A stretch of 64,000 nt of DNA from NCBI GenBank assembly GCA_964016885.1, contig OZ024741.1:108934001-108998000 (forward strand), in the 5' to 3' direction. Below the pieces are notes generated by a model, which made no database searches, was not told the DNA's origin, and worked only from the letters and a program-made list of their open reading frames with translations. Positions 45,230 to 59,254 of the stretch are shown piece by piece (position 1 is the stretch's first letter; each line of letters starts with the position of its first letter). Position numbers and translations under genes: made by a program. This DNA is from Eledone cirrhosa. Taxonomy: Eukaryota.

Positions 45230-45855
45230 CCAACAGTGCTTAGAGAAGCACCTATATGGAATTCCCCTGGGTTAGATCAAATTCTTAACCTACAGGAATG
45301 CATAAAGAACTTGCTAGTGAAATTACGTCTATTATACAAAATCGGAATGAAACCCCGAAGTGGTTGACAGAAGACACAACATACCATCTCCCCAAATCAG
45401 CTGAGACAAAAGACCCCAAAAGCTATTGAACAATAACTTATCTCACTACGACTTACAAAATCCTGACATCTATTTTAACTGAGCGGATATACAAATACCT
45501 TGATGAAAATGAAATCCTTCCACAAGAACAAAAAGAAGGAAAATGGAAATCATATGGGGGCAAATCCAACAATTAATGAGATGATTCTAGAAAACTGTCG
45601 GTCCAAAAAGAAAATTCTTAGCACTGTGGTAGTGTACGACATGAATGGATATTGGAAGCCCTAGAAATTTACAAAATATCTCCCATAATATCTAACTTTT
45701 TACGAGTCGGCATGACAAAATGGAGTACAACCCTCTTCTTAACTCCTAACATGGGAGTCATAAAGTCAGATAAAATTAAAATTAATTGCTGAATATTCCA
45801 ACGTGTCTCCCACTCCACGCGTATCTTTTGCCTTGCTCTTATTACCTCAACTTTC
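45230..45855 (+). pseudogene. R4/Dong-type RT fragment
   Basis: SPGLDQI, PKWLT, YKILTSILTERIY.YL.EN.ILPQEQK; stops and frameshifts. Confidence 0.7.
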
Positions 45856-46134
45856 ATCGTCGAAACTACAGCCAGTCTAAAAGCTGATGAATGTATTTAA
45901 ATGTTTCTGTGATCTCTCGTTTATTTTATTGCTTTTCACTTCTGTCGGCCAGCACACTACTAGCCGCTGATTTCTACCCTTTGAGATAAATTTTACCCGA
46001 TGAGATAAATTTTACCCGACACCGTCATTGACAACATTTTGCTGTTTTAACAGCTTCCTTGTGCTGAGTGTTTCCCATTATCCTATTGATTCTAATACAC
46101 TTGCGTTTCAAACTCTATATTCGAGACAACTTTG

Positions 46135-46184
<50 letters not shown>

Positions 46185-47166
46185 TGCATTTATTTCTCTA
46201 CACCAAAACTTAATCGACGACAGACGTTTCGCTTCGTGTCTCCTGCAACTGCCTGCTACGTAAGAGGTGGAAACCTCGCGTTTGTTTGCTCATAAGTAGT
46301 TGACACTATAGAGTAGAGATCAACGAATATTTTAATGTATGATACATTTATGAAGGCAAATAATCAGATTGTGATGTCTATTAACTAATCATATTTCGAT
46401 GAGTCTGGGCATATTTTTGCTTGTCTTTTGTGTTACTTCTTCCTTAGATTTCCTACACATGAAACTGCAGATTCTCATACGATACACACTCGTTTTATTA
46501 ATTTTTCTTCATTTGTAAACAGAATTGTTTCATGCTAGAGACACACATACATACATATGTACATATACACACATCTCAGAAATCACACATAGATAAACAC
46601 AAACAATGTCTCAACCACATTGCCATTCCTGGATACACATGCTGAAATGTTCTACTAAAAGACGTTATTAGAAGGAAGACACTTATAAAATAAACAAATA
46701 AATCTCACACGAAATGGTTTTAGCGCTTAACAGATCTTCGTTGTTTGTATGTTTGTTTTATTTGTTTGATTTCCGAATTGTGAAAGGTATGATTTCTCTA
46801 TCAGGTGTTGATTTTCTTAACTGCATAAATCTGTCTCAACGTGATATTACTTTCGCGCCATTCCATGTGTGTTTTTACTGAATGTCGTGACTCCATCACT
46901 AAACAATGTCTCGAAAAGACATTGCAATGCCAGCAATTAGTAGTATTACTTATTATCCACAGAATACAAAGTTGATTAAATAAGCATAATATGGTATTTA
47001 TTTCTGTTTGTCTAGACACAAATACATTTTAGCAAGATTATTTTACTGATTCATGTTTTGTTTTTGGTTATCGATATCTGAAGGTTAAAAAAACTGTCTA
47101 TCGTTTTGTTTGTAATACTCTGATGAATGCGAACGTAATTTACAAATTAATAAAAACTTATTTATA

Positions 47167-47285
47167 TCATCATCATCGTCAACATCATCACCATCATCAT
47201 CATCATCGTCATCAACATCATCGTCATCAACATCATCGTCATCAACATCATCGTCATCATCATCGCCATTATCATCATCATCACC
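47167..47285. repeat. Imperfect (CAT)n microsatellite
   Basis: Seen directly. Confidence 0.9.
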
Positions 47286-47814
47286 AACAGAATTACATCC
47301 AGCATCTTCGTCTTCGAACTAACAAAGAACATCTCAGCAGATGCTTAGCTTACTAGAAATATATTCATATAATCATTTCTAACATACATGAGGTTACATG
47401 ATCGATTAAATCGAACCTAGGAAGCCATTAATTAAAAATGTTATAAACTGTGATGTAGTCCATATACAAATAATCTAAAATAGGGAATTCACGTATAGGA
47501 GAAGGTTGATCTGTTTTCAACAAATTTCACAAGAATTCAATAAATATTGAAATAGGTAGGTGGACTTTAAAATTCATTTTGCAATCCAGTGAGTATAGAT
47601 TCTATTCCGATACTGGGACTGAATAACATACTTTCATGTCAATCGTATATGACCTAGCAATTAGATAGACATCGATGGAATAAATATGGGACAAATTTAA
47701 ATAGTATGGTCAATCCGATCAATTAAAATCCCATGAAGGATGCCTGCAGTCTAATGATTAGAACCAAATTTTAAAATCTGTACGCACACACTCACACACT
47801 TAGACATGGACATA

Positions 47815-48010
47815 GGTCCTCCTGCTCTAGATAACACATTGGGTGACAAGCCTCCACCAATGCATGCCATCTACTGCCGTTCATTCGCATACGTTCCAGT
47901 TGATGTTGACTGCCTAAAGACCAACTAGTAATGTCCACCGCCACGAGGTGATCTTCGTTATGCCCCTTTCCGTTTACATCCAGGAGTTCAGGTCAACGCT
48001 ATTTTCCTTG
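47815..48010 (-). mobile_element. Degenerate RTE-like 3' end
   Basis: Minus strand suggests a G.R..RG..RW-type C-terminus; heavily decayed. Confidence 0.4.
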
Positions 48011-48037
48011 CCGGTTGGAGACTATACACACATACAA

Positions 48038-48195
48038 GAGGTGAATTAGCAGAGTCGTTAGAACGGCAGATATAATGCCTTGCTATATTTATTTCTGCTC
48101 TTTGCTTTCTGAGTTCAAATCCTGCCGAGGTCAACTTTACCTTTCATCCATTCGAGGTCGTTAAAAAAGTACCAGTCAAGTATTGGGGTCGATTC
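48038..48195 (+). mobile_element. SINE family A relative
   Basis: gagttcaaatcctgccgaggtcaactttacctttcatcc. Confidence 0.8.
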
Positions 48196-48237
48196 GTCCT
48201 CTATAACTCTTTGCCACTTCGATTCCCTCAATCTCTA

Positions 48238-48370
48238 TCCTTCTCTGAAAGAAATCTGCTGTATTCAAACCTGGAGAGGAGATGGGCTCCGCCAGGTTTT
48301 TAAAATGTCCAAGAATTGTCGTACGTCAATACAACGCGCTCCTACGACTCCTTCCGGAGTTACGGCACTA
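48238..48370. repeat. Diverged relative of the 118-bp island
   Basis: Shares tccttctctgaa.gaaatc, acctg..cgccaggttt and cctacga.tcc...ggagttac. Confidence 0.75.
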
Positions 48371-49944
48371 TACATACATGATGGCTGCAAACTCTGCTAG
48401 GAGTATTGCAACTACTTGTCAGCTTATCGAACAAGCAATGTCTGTTCTTTGAAGGTTTTTAAAGTGGGTTAAGGCACTGCACTCGACCAATCCCACTCTC
48501 TGAGAATCGAAAACACTACCCAAAAAGGAGAAATGGTCAACATCATCGGATGCTTCTGAGGCCGCAGATTTTTTTTCAAAGTTTCCCTCTCTTAGAAAAG
48601 TTTTGTGACAACAACTGGGGACCATTCACTCTCAGGGGAAAAAGTACTAGTACATGCACACATACACACATACATGAATACATGCATGCATACATACATA
48701 CACACGCATATAATACATACATACGTATGTATACATTCATAAGCACATATATATATAATAGATACGCTTGTGTGTGTATTCAGTCATGCATAATAGATGG
48801 AGGATGTATAATCTCTGCACAATTGCATGTCTGCACTTGCAAGGGAAAATGTTCAACGAATGAATATCGTAAAATACACACAAACGCAACAAAATACAAA
48901 TATGTATTTGAAAACATATATACATAAAATACTCACACACATACTGATAATCATACTCACACACTGACTCAGCCATACAGATACATAGATATAAACATAC
49001 GTTGCACAAACTGACACAGTGATACATTCATAAAACAAGAGACACATACATACAGACACACACAGAGACATCCATATAAATATGTATTATTGACGTTGCT
49101 CCTGGTTACAGCTGTATTTCCTCGTGTATGTATCAGTCACAATGTTTCTATCGATTTTCTCACATCTGGCTTCGCTTTATGATGATGTTTATGTCTGGGA
49201 CGGGAGAGCTTTCACTAAAGAGGACTACCGTGTGCAGATTTCTAGACTATATAGTCGGATATTCGTGTCATTTCATCGGCATTGTTTTGTGACATCGCAG
49301 ACATGCATAGCTAACTATCCATGTTTTAGTAGACGTTAACGTAAAATATGTTTTTGTTCTTATCGTTATTGTCGTTTAACCCCAACCCATTTCTTTGTGT
49401 TCGATCTATGATTAAAGGCGTCCTAGCCAATGTCAAGACCACATGGCTGATACATCTTGGAGGCCAATTGATTACTGAGAATGTTCCTCATTGATTCACA
49501 TAAAATATGTTTTCACCGTTTTTCTTTAGCTCCACGACAGCTCTGACTCCAAATCATGTTTCCAAATGTGTTAGTCTTTAATCCGAATGTTGAATTAGTT
49601 ATTAGAATATTAACCCATATTGTTTTCTAAAGATGTTAGCTCCTCTCTTTCTCTGTTTTAACAAATTTATAATTCTAAAATAGTTCTTTCTTATTGAAAA
49701 TCTTAAGTAAAATAGAGAAAATATTTTTCTCATGACAAGACAGCGTTACGTCAGTTAAAATGATAATCCACAATTTAGCTTAAATATATATATCTTTTTT
49801 TATCAATATTGAGTATCAATGTTCTCAGTACACCTAAGTGTCAGTTACAGATTCATCCTGTTTAAAATAAATTTAAAAAAAAAAGGATTATGCACAGGTT
49901 TATGCAAAGAGATTGAAATTTATTTTTATTATATAGAATTAGAT

Positions 49945-50095
49945 TGGGCTGTGGATTAGAGTATTGATAGAGCATCGAACAATAGTTTGGCTGTATGTAC
50001 AATTTTCTATGTTCTGATTTCAAATCCCGTGAGGTCAATATAGCCTTTTATCCTCCGTGGACGATAAAATAAAGTACAAGTTAAGTACTGGTGTT
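49945..50095 (+). mobile_element. Degenerate SINE family A relative
   Basis: ttcaaatcccgtgaggtca...gataaaataaagtac. Confidence 0.65.
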
Positions 50096-50241
50096 ATAAT
50101 CTGATAATTATCGGTGATTTCTCAAGGAACATTGTAATAAGTGATGGCCTTGTTGATGTTGCATGGAATGTTTTCTTCACCCTTCACAATTACCATTTTC
50201 GCTCACTTTCTTTCTCATTATCACCGCCATTACTCTTTGAA

Positions 50242-50316
<75 letters not shown>

Positions 50317-51789
50317 TTGTAACGAAGAAACATTTATTAGAAGATAAAACCTAACAATTGCGCAGGCGTTAGGAAGATTTGACATTAAAAATATTGAAAT
50401 CTAGTGATGATAACGTTAGAAAATCAGGTACAATAAATAATCTTAGCGACAGCAAATAAGAGGCTATCGGCTACTACTGTCTAATTTCATCATCTAAGAA
50501 TATTTTACCTGATATTCTAATGTTATTATCATTGTAGCGAATCTGTGTCGACGTTTCAGCATTTCTAGGAACATTTCTTCTTCTATATCTCACACCTGTG
50601 AAATATTTTGATCCCTATGGATCGAACGACAAACTTCAGCGCACGAAAGTAAATGACGACAACCATATTGCTCGACGCTCTTATTATGTTTTTTTAAATC
50701 CAACTTGTGCGATATATTTTGAGTTACTGGGTGTATTAGCAAGTAATCCAATACATACCTGATTTCACACTCTCTTTGACAGTTACTTTATTATTCTCTC
50801 TGTATGAATAAAGTACCAGTAATGCTCTGGGATAATTGCTGGCTTTGTGCCAAAAGTAGAAACAATTATTCTCTCTATATGTCAGGTGCTAAAATGTGCA
50901 ACATGACGTCCAAATTACGTTTAGCAAAATATGAACACAAATGTCATTATGGCAGTCGAGTGTTTATTTCGAAAGCGATTTATCACCTGAGTCATATAAA
51001 ACTTGATCAGAAGTTCAGCCCACGTAAACATTATAAATAGTGATGTGTCGAGGTCATTCTCGTCGTTGTCGCCGTCTTCAACACTGTCGCTGTTGCTATC
51101 GATGTAGTCATTGTTATTGTTGTTGTTGTTTCCGCTGCTGCTGTTCTCGTCGTTGTCGTTGTTGTAGCTGTTTGTTTGTTGTCGTTATTGTTGTCGTTGT
51201 TGTTGCTGCCGTTGTTGTTGCTGCTGTTGTTATTGCTGTCGTTGTTATTGCTGTTGTAGCGACTAGCGCCACCTTGCCCGGGGAGAAAAAACTATTTGGA
51301 GTTACTTCCCTGTGGCCAGTATATAAGGGAGTGTGATGACGTCACTCGATCTCTCTTGCTCACTTACTCTCTTTTGGCGGCATCTCTCAAACTGACAACA
51401 TCGAGTGCAAACATGCTAACCTTTTCCAACCACATCTTATGGTTCAGGATTATACCTTGTCATGCCACGAGGTACATTTGCTTACCACATATGTAATTCA
51501 CGAACTACAATAAACGCAAATCATTTTAATACTCGTTTTGAGAAACTTATTACTTCAAATGTAGTGAGAGATAATTCTCACACGAAATGAAATTGTATGA
51601 AAATTCTCCTATCTCTTATTTCTATTAAATTTAGTAGTTGGGATCCGGAGGTACTTACTGGAGTAAGTAACGCTGCGACGAACTCACTAAACTGTCGTTA
51701 TTGTTGTGGTTGTTGTTGTCCGTGTTGTTTTTCGCAGTGTTGCTCTTCATGTTGTGTTTTCATTTATCGCTAAAATACACGAAACTCAA

Positions 51790-51945
51790 ATAGGTTTGCG
51801 GTCGTGCCCTTGGTAGTGGAGACTTCTGGTGTCCTTGGCCCCAGAGCTACCGCCCAACTCACCACAGGTGTGAGTCTCACGAGTTGGAATGGCTCCCTTA
51901 CCATCCTCCGGGGAAACGTCTTCTCCATTCTGCCCGCCGGGGCTG
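51790..51945 (+). pseudogene. CRE-clade non-LTR retrotransposon endonuclease C-terminal fragment
   Basis: VPLVVETSGVLGPRA ... ILRGNVFSIL resembles the P.AVET.G..G / IQRGNA motifs of CRE elements. Confidence 0.5.
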
Positions 51946-52724
51946 TAGCGAGGCCAGCACGTGGGACCCCATTTGCTCACCATACAGAGAGATAGGGAGG
52001 GCGACAGAAATGGAGGCGATGACAGCGGGAGTTCGGCTCTGCCACGTTCGGACCATATCCTTGTGGTTATGTTCATTATCTATAGAGTAACTATAGTAAT
52101 TAGTTGTTGTCATTGTCGCTATTGTTGTTGTTATTTCATTATCGTTGTTGTTGTTGTTGTTGTTGTTGTTATTGCTGTTGTTGTTATCGATGCTGTCGCA
52201 ACCGTATGTGTCGTTGTTATAGTAGTTGTTGGTGGTGGTGTTTTTTTTTGTCATTGTCGATGTTGAGATCAGCCCTGAAAGATTAAATCGATGATAAAAA
52301 TGGTTTCAACTGTGGATATTCCATCTTGTTTTAGGTATTAGATACCTTGGAGTACAACATTCAATGTGGCATATATTAAGCGGTAAGAAGTAATATGAGA
52401 GAGGTTTATTGACGTAGGTGCTTACACATTGGATAGAAACATCGGTTTTACTGTTGTTTAGTCAGGTTTAAAACGACAGTGGGTATAGACACTTTCCAGG
52501 AACACTCGGGCTATTGGAAATGAATGATGAATATCACTTCAAATCAAAAACCTTGTCTAAATGCTTGCAACAGATTCAAAGTTCATGACTCCCTTGGGCA
52601 GATGAGGGTGTGTTAAATCGGGTGACAGATAAAGATAAAGAGTACAACCCAAGAGCCTTTCACATATGTTGGTTTAATAACTATCCCGTTGACTCAAATA
52701 TATATATATATATATATATATATA

Positions 52725-52849
52725 GCCGTCGAAACGGCTTGAGCTCAGCCGTCGGGGTCCTACTCGTTCCTATTACCCACTCTACTACCCTAAGTATTGA
52801 GTACTTTGGTGCGTTATGGTCCACCTGGTTCCTTACCATATTTCCTTCG

Positions 52850-52851
<2 letters not shown>
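52725..52851 (+). mobile_element. (TA)n-embedded island starting with the 3' half of an HHR
   Basis: GAAACGGCU-UGAGCUC-AGCCGUC-GGGGUCC; homologous to 9656-9753 and 31027-31065. Confidence 0.7.
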
Positions 52852-52910
<59 letters not shown>

Positions 52911-52937
52911 TATATATTTATTAAAATTACAGATTAA

Positions 52938-52988
52938 AGTTTAAGCAAAGAATCGCTGCTTTCATCCTTAATGGGATCTTCTGAAACT
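52938..52988 (-). ncRNA. Non-canonical hammerhead-like motif, copy 1
   Basis: AGUUU-CAGAAGA-UCCC..GGAU-GAAAGCA..UGCUU-AAACU. Confidence 0.5.
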
Positions 52989-53193
52989 AACTTCTGTGAA
53001 CGCAGAAGTAAATAGTTCGAAAAACGTTGCAGCCGAAGGAAAACAGTAAAGACGATACTTTGGTTCGTGAAGACGTTCCCTGGCAATGAGCGGAAAAGAG
53101 CGAAGATAATACGTCGTTATGTCGTGCGTGAGAACAATTACACGCAAAGACAGACTAGACAGTCGTAGACTAATATTATATTTAGGAAACAGA

Positions 53194-53371
53194 TGGATTG
53201 GCAGTATCGGTAGAGGGTCGGAGCTATGCTTTCCAGCATAGTTACGTCCCTTTACGGTCTGAGTTCAAATCCCGCCGAGGTTGACTTTGCCTTTCATCCT
53301 TACGGGGTCGATAAAATAAAGTACCAGTAATGCACTGGGTAATTGCTGGCCTTGTGTTTAAAGTAGAAACA
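53194..53371 (+). mobile_element. SINE family A with 19-bp TSD
   Basis: ATTATATTTAGGAAACAGA at 53175-53193 and 53372-53390. Confidence 0.93.
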
Positions 53372-53439
53372 ATTATATTTAGGAAACAGAATGATTCTCG
53401 GCTTCAGAGTTAAGAATAAAATAAATAAATTAGTAGAAC

Positions 53440-56400
53440 GAAAATGCCTACCTCCTATTCACGACCCTCCAGAGACATTTCAACTCTGTTTGACAGACAC
53501 GACGGAGGAACCATCGTAGTTTTTGCGTAATTCCGCGTTTCAGATGACGTCCTTCGGAGCAAAGCTTGCCTTGGAACGTGGGTTCATACCGACTTTCAAG
53601 GTCCAAGGGCAGGTCTACCACTTGATTGGGTCTTTTCAGACTCTGGCAGAAAAGGCTCCTCAATTTCTTCAGTTATACTTTGTTGGAAACTATCAGGAGC
53701 AGGTAGAGATGCGAAACTCTATTTCGTCCGAAACTGACATTGGAATCATAATAAAACTTCAAGAAATGCTTCATGACAAAAACAGCTATGTTCGCAGTTT
53801 CAAGTATGCTTTGGAAACAGCCACCGACCAAAACTTTAGTGTGGTCATACATGCTGACCGAAGGCCATCTGGAGAACACGCTGATCGGTTCAACGCACCA
53901 ACATATAATGAGATTGCTGCGGTTATTTGTGGTGAACAGCACAACAAGAGAGATATTCTAAAGCACCGAGACAGCACATTACAGCGTATCAATGAGACAC
54001 ATAGGTCCTACGATGCACTCCAGTATCCATTGCTATTTGTCAACGGCGAGGACGGTTACCATTTCGGCATTCCTTAACATTCGGCAGGCAATGGTGAGGC
54101 ACATCTTAGCAAAACTGTCACCTGCATGGATTTCTACGCTTTCCGATTTATGGTAAGGGACAATTCATTCAACCATCTACCGTTCTAGGGACCTTTTCCA
54201 ACAATTTACTGTTGATATGGCCGTTAAAATGGAGTCCGAGAGATTATGGTTCATTAAATTAAATCAAAAGAAACTTCGATCTGAATGCTACATTCATCTA
54301 CCCGATGGAATTAACAACGACGTATCCCCAGACAATTTTGCCTTCAACATTCACAGGGGGACCCGATACATGCACGAGAGGACTCAGGACGCCATGGCTT
54401 ACGTACGACATTATAGGCGCCCCGACCTTTTCATAACGTTTACATGCAATCCCAAATGGAAGGAGATTTCAAACGAACTGTTCCACGGTCAAGCGCCAGG
54501 ACACAGGCACGATTTCATAACAAGTGTGTTTCGCCTGAAATTATCCAAATTAATGGATTTATTAAAGAAGGACGGTTGAATGGCAGAAACGAGGGCTGCG
54601 CATGCCCATATCTTGATTTGGTTGGTTACAAAAAACAGTTCAAGCTACATCGACAAATTCATTTCTGCCGAACTACCTGATCCGTCGATTGACAAGGACC
54701 TCTTCTTTATAGTCACATCAAACATGGTCCATGGCCCTTACGGATATGGACTCAATACGAAGTTCCCGTGTATACACGACGGAAAGTGTACAAAACGATA
54801 TCCCAGGCCGTTTTTACAGGAAACACAGACTGGCGGTGACGGATATCCGTTGTATAGGCGCAGGAGACCTGAAGACGGTGGGTTCACAGCAAAAGTTGGT
54901 GAACGCGAATTCGACAACAGCTGGATAGTGCCATATTGCCCCTCCCCTTGAAAGCGTTCAAGGCCCATATAAACGTCGATTTTTTTTCAACTCAGTAAAA
55001 TCAATTAAATACGTTTGTAAGTACGTAAACAAGGGACTGGATGCTGCCGTCTTTGGTCTTCGTCATGAAAACAGTAGAGACGAGGTATCTGACTACCAAG
55101 CAGGCCTGTACATTAGCAACAATGAAGTCTTTTGGCGCGTTTTTAGCTTCCCACTGCACCAACGACACCCCGTCATTAAACAACTTGCCGTTCACCTTGA
55201 AAATGGTCAACGGATGTATTTCAACGATGCAACAGCTGCCCAGCTAGCGATCCCACCAAAGGAAACTACACTCACCACTTTTTTCAAACCTTGTCAACAC
55301 GACGACTTCGCTCGAACTCTGCTGTATTCTGGAAAACCGTCTTACTATACATGGAACCGGACAAAATGGCTATGAAGGAAGGTAGGACAAAGGGTGGTTG
55401 GACATCCAGGCATCAAATTCGACAATTGCCTTGGGCGAGTTTATACGGTCTACGCTACCCAACACGAATGCGTCTACCTGCGATTTCTGCTTCATGAGGT
55501 AAGAGGGCCGACCAGCTTCGCTCATCTGAGAACCGTCACTGGATACGCCTGCGGAACGTACAGGGAAGCCTGCTTGAGGCGTGGACTTTTAGAAGACGAC
55601 GCACAATGGCATGCAACCTTGACGGGAGCTGCCATCTCACAATCATCCCGTAGTATAAAAGCACTTTTTGCTATCCTCTTGCATGTCTGTGAATTGAGCG
55701 ATCCTTACTCTTTATGGCAAAAGTTTAAAGATGATTTCGCAGACGAATATAGGCGTCTCGCTCAATTGCAAACTCAAAACTTAGATGTCGGCTTTTCAGA
55801 CGCTATATATAACAGAGCTTTGATCGATATTGAAGACAGGGTGGCTTCAATGGACGGAGATATCTTGGAGAAATATGTGCTTCCGCAAACACTTAGAGAT
55901 GCGCCATCTGACATTCCCAACGACATTATACGTGAAACGTCATATGATGTCGACGAACTCGAAAGGTATGTTGAAGAAAATGAACCAAAACTTCTAATGG
56001 ATAAAAAACAAGGCTAAAACATTGTCGTTGATTCCATCCGTAATCGGGGAGAGGGCATATTCTTCCTGGACGCACCTGGAGGCACTGGAAAAACATTTGT
56101 AATCAAACTTTTACTCGCTGCAGTGAGGCAACACGGAAACATCGCATTGGCCGTGGTTCTTCCGGCATTGCAGCAACTTTGCTGCCTGGTGGCAGGACGG
56201 CCCATTCTGCCTTCAGTCTTCCTCTCAACGTAGCATCATCTGAGACACTCACGTGCAACATCAGCAAGTCTTCCGGAAAAGCACTGGTGTTAAAGCGCTG
56301 CCTACTAATTGTTTGGGACGAATGCACAATGGCCCACAGGGCGGCTTTCGAGGCATTAGACCGGTCACTCAGAGACATCAGGGACTGTCAAGAACCAATG

Positions 56401-57431
56401 GGAGGTGTCACTTTCAGATTCTGCTTGTAATCCCAAAAGGTACGCGGGCTGATGAGGTTGGTGCATGCCTTAAGGCCTCTCCAATTTGGCGTTGTGTAAG
56501 AAAGCTGACGCTTACAACAAACATGAGAGCACAAATGCAAGGAGATGAGACATCAGCGGGTTTTGCTGCTGCCATTTTGTTGTTGGGAGATGGCAAAGTC
56601 CCACTCGACGGAGATGGTGCAGCGTACCTCACAGGGATTTTCAGATGCGTTAAGTCAATTGCTGAGTTATGCACGTCTGTTTTTCCTAAAATTGAGGAGA
56701 ACTACACAAATCAAGAGTTGTTGTGTGAACGCGCAATAAAAACCACATAATTGGAAATATCAATGAACAGCTCATGCTGTGCTTGTCTGGAAACCTGCAC
56801 ATCTACAAGTCCCTTGACTCTATGGCTGATCCGGACGAAGTTGTTAATTACTCCCACAGAATTCCTTAACTCCCTATACCCTCCCGGATTGCCACCATAC
56901 TTACTGCGACTTAAGAAAGGTGCCCCTGTCATGTTCCTCAGGAATTTGGAACCTCGAAGGCTTTCCAACGGCACGCGTCTGGTCATCCAAAAGGCGATGC
57001 CTCATATTATTGAGGCAACAATACTTACAGGATGTGGTAAGGGGGATACTGTCTTCATACCAAGGGTACCTCTCATCCGGTAAAGATATTCTTTTCACAT
57101 TCAGAAGGCTGCAATTCCCTCTCCGGCTCAGTTTCGCCATGTCGACTAACAAATCACAGGGTCAGACGCTGACGCTCGTAGGGCTTAATTTAGAAGAACC
57201 GTGCTTCTCCCATCGTCAACTATATGTTGGCTGCTCTCTGTTACCATCGGATTCGTCTTTGCTGGCAGCACCGCCGCAGAGATATTTCAAAGTGAACGTT
57301 CAAAGGCCATCTTTAAAGCCAACACCTATAAATTGTTACTTCTATAGTCGTGTTTAACGGAAGTCTTTCGGTTCATTTGAAGTACTACTCCATTGAGAGT
57401 TATACCGGGAAACGCCGGGTACCTCTGCAAG
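53440..57431 (+). mobile_element. Helitron, decayed Rep-Helicase with recognisable 3' terminus
   Basis: Rep motifs PDLFITFTCNPKW, HAHILIWL, KYVCKYVNKG; PIF1 motifs FLDAPGGTGKT, LIVWDEC, NKSQGQTL; 3' hairpin 57403-57421 followed by CAAG|T (degenerate CTAG); many frameshifts. Confidence 0.93.
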
Positions 57432-57552
57432 TCATTAATAAAACGCAGAAATAGCACCATATAAACACGTAAACATTCAAATAACAATCTGAGACAATAA
57501 TTTCGTAGTCAGTCAATCGAAATATTTGTTGAGCAGGTGTTTACATACGGAG

Positions 57553-57768
<216 letters not shown>

Positions 57769-57929
57769 AGTGTTGATAAAAACTAGTGTTATTTTTATTA
57801 GGTCAAATTACGTGGATATATAAACACTAAACAGAACAGAATTTATAATGGCTTATCGAACGAGGTTTAGTGAGCCACTAACATCGCTTTTCTCCTGATT
57901 AGAATCAGTGACATACAGCATCATATAAA

Positions 57930-58540
57930 CGTGCAGGACAGTTATCAGGGCGACTGAGATTGCAAAAGCTGATGCAGTAATACACCAGCTTCAGTATTCG
58001 GTAATCAGAAGAAGGGAGGTAGGTGTAAAAGACAAACTCGTTATCTTCAATTCGGTATTCGTGCCAACTATTACCTATGAGCAAGAATCTAGGGTAATGT
58101 CCGAAAGTATACGATCACGAATACAAGCGGGCGATATGGAATTTTTCTAAAGGGTTTTCCGAGTAACGTTTCTGGATATAGTCCGTAGCTCGGAGATCAT
58201 AGAGTCACCCCAGGTAGAGCCGCTATGTTTCCTAATAGAGAAATCACAGTTCCGAAACTACAGGCATGGGGTTAGAATGTTTCAGGAAATAATCCTTGGA
58301 CAGATTTTACGAGCAAAACCAACAGGCAGGAGATCCAGAGGTAGACCCTGAACAATATTGGATAACATCTCTGAGTTTGACTGATCTTGCTTTGGCATCC
58401 AGCCAGATCAGTTAGAGAAGGTTGCCTCTGACAAGATCTGCTGGAAGGAGTATTTGGAGACTCTGCCTCCACGACCCTCTCGGGAAGAAGAAAAAGAAGA
58501 AGAAGAAGAAGAAGAAGAAGAAGGAGGAGGAAGAGGAGGA
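57930..58540 (+). mobile_element. RTE-clade (Rex3/Expander-like) 3' fragment with (GAA)n tail
   Basis: IAKADAV..L..SV...E...K.KL.IF.SVFVPTITY..E..VM....RSRIQA.DM.F; ends ctgcctccacgaccc followed by GAA repeats. Confidence 0.75.
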
Positions 58541-59254
58541 GATATGTGTATGTGTGTGTATGTATTTGCTTATATGTATGTGTGTGCAGCTCGATACGTA
58601 CCGTAATTCCGGCATCCAAAATACTCGTTTCGCCTCGATTTAGACTTCAGAATGTAGTAGGTGCCCTAAAGGAAAGACGGTACCATTCTGATAAGCCAGT
58701 TTTTCCCTAACTGTGTATGTGGGGGTGGAGGAGGATCTATGTGAAGCATTCATTTGGAATCCTGCATGCGACTTGTTGGTGAAATGTATAAATTATACTT
58801 AGCTGTCTTAATAAATATACGAAAGGTATTATAAAAAGAGCAACAGCACTTTCTAAAAAATATTCCTCATCGTTCTAATTAATTTATTTATTGGCAGAAG
58901 ACCGAGCATGCGTCAACTGACTGCAGGTACTGTTCATTTAGTATATCAATTTTACTAACATTTTCATTAACCGCATTTTAACGTAGTCTTAATGACTAAA
59001 GTATGGGATTCGTTATCGTAAGTTAGCCAGTTAGTCTCCCGACCCAGGCAACGAGTTAGTTCCGTAAGCAAGACATTTTACTCCACGTTGTTCTTTCTGC
59101 CAGGTATCGCAACCAGTAGTTAGAATTAGCAAAGAAATGACCAATGGAAACATTGTTTTCTTCGCTCGATTTGACGAGTTCCACCTCACTTAGTAAGCGA
59201 ATAAGGTCTAGGATTGTGTCGATCGTCTAAAAAATATTAATTTTACCAATATTT

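Noticed and set aside
46215-46300. Minus-strand CTTATGAGC...GCGAAACGTC
   Set aside because: G5 is mutated and stem I is poor; too degenerate to call
47123-47356. His-rich ORF (and similar poly-Ser, poly-Val and poly-Ile ORFs elsewhere)
   Set aside because: Trinucleotide microsatellite translations with no exon evidence
50400-50600. Imperfect inverted repeat plus minus-strand GAAACGTC
   Set aside because: No CUGANGA box in register; element type not assignable
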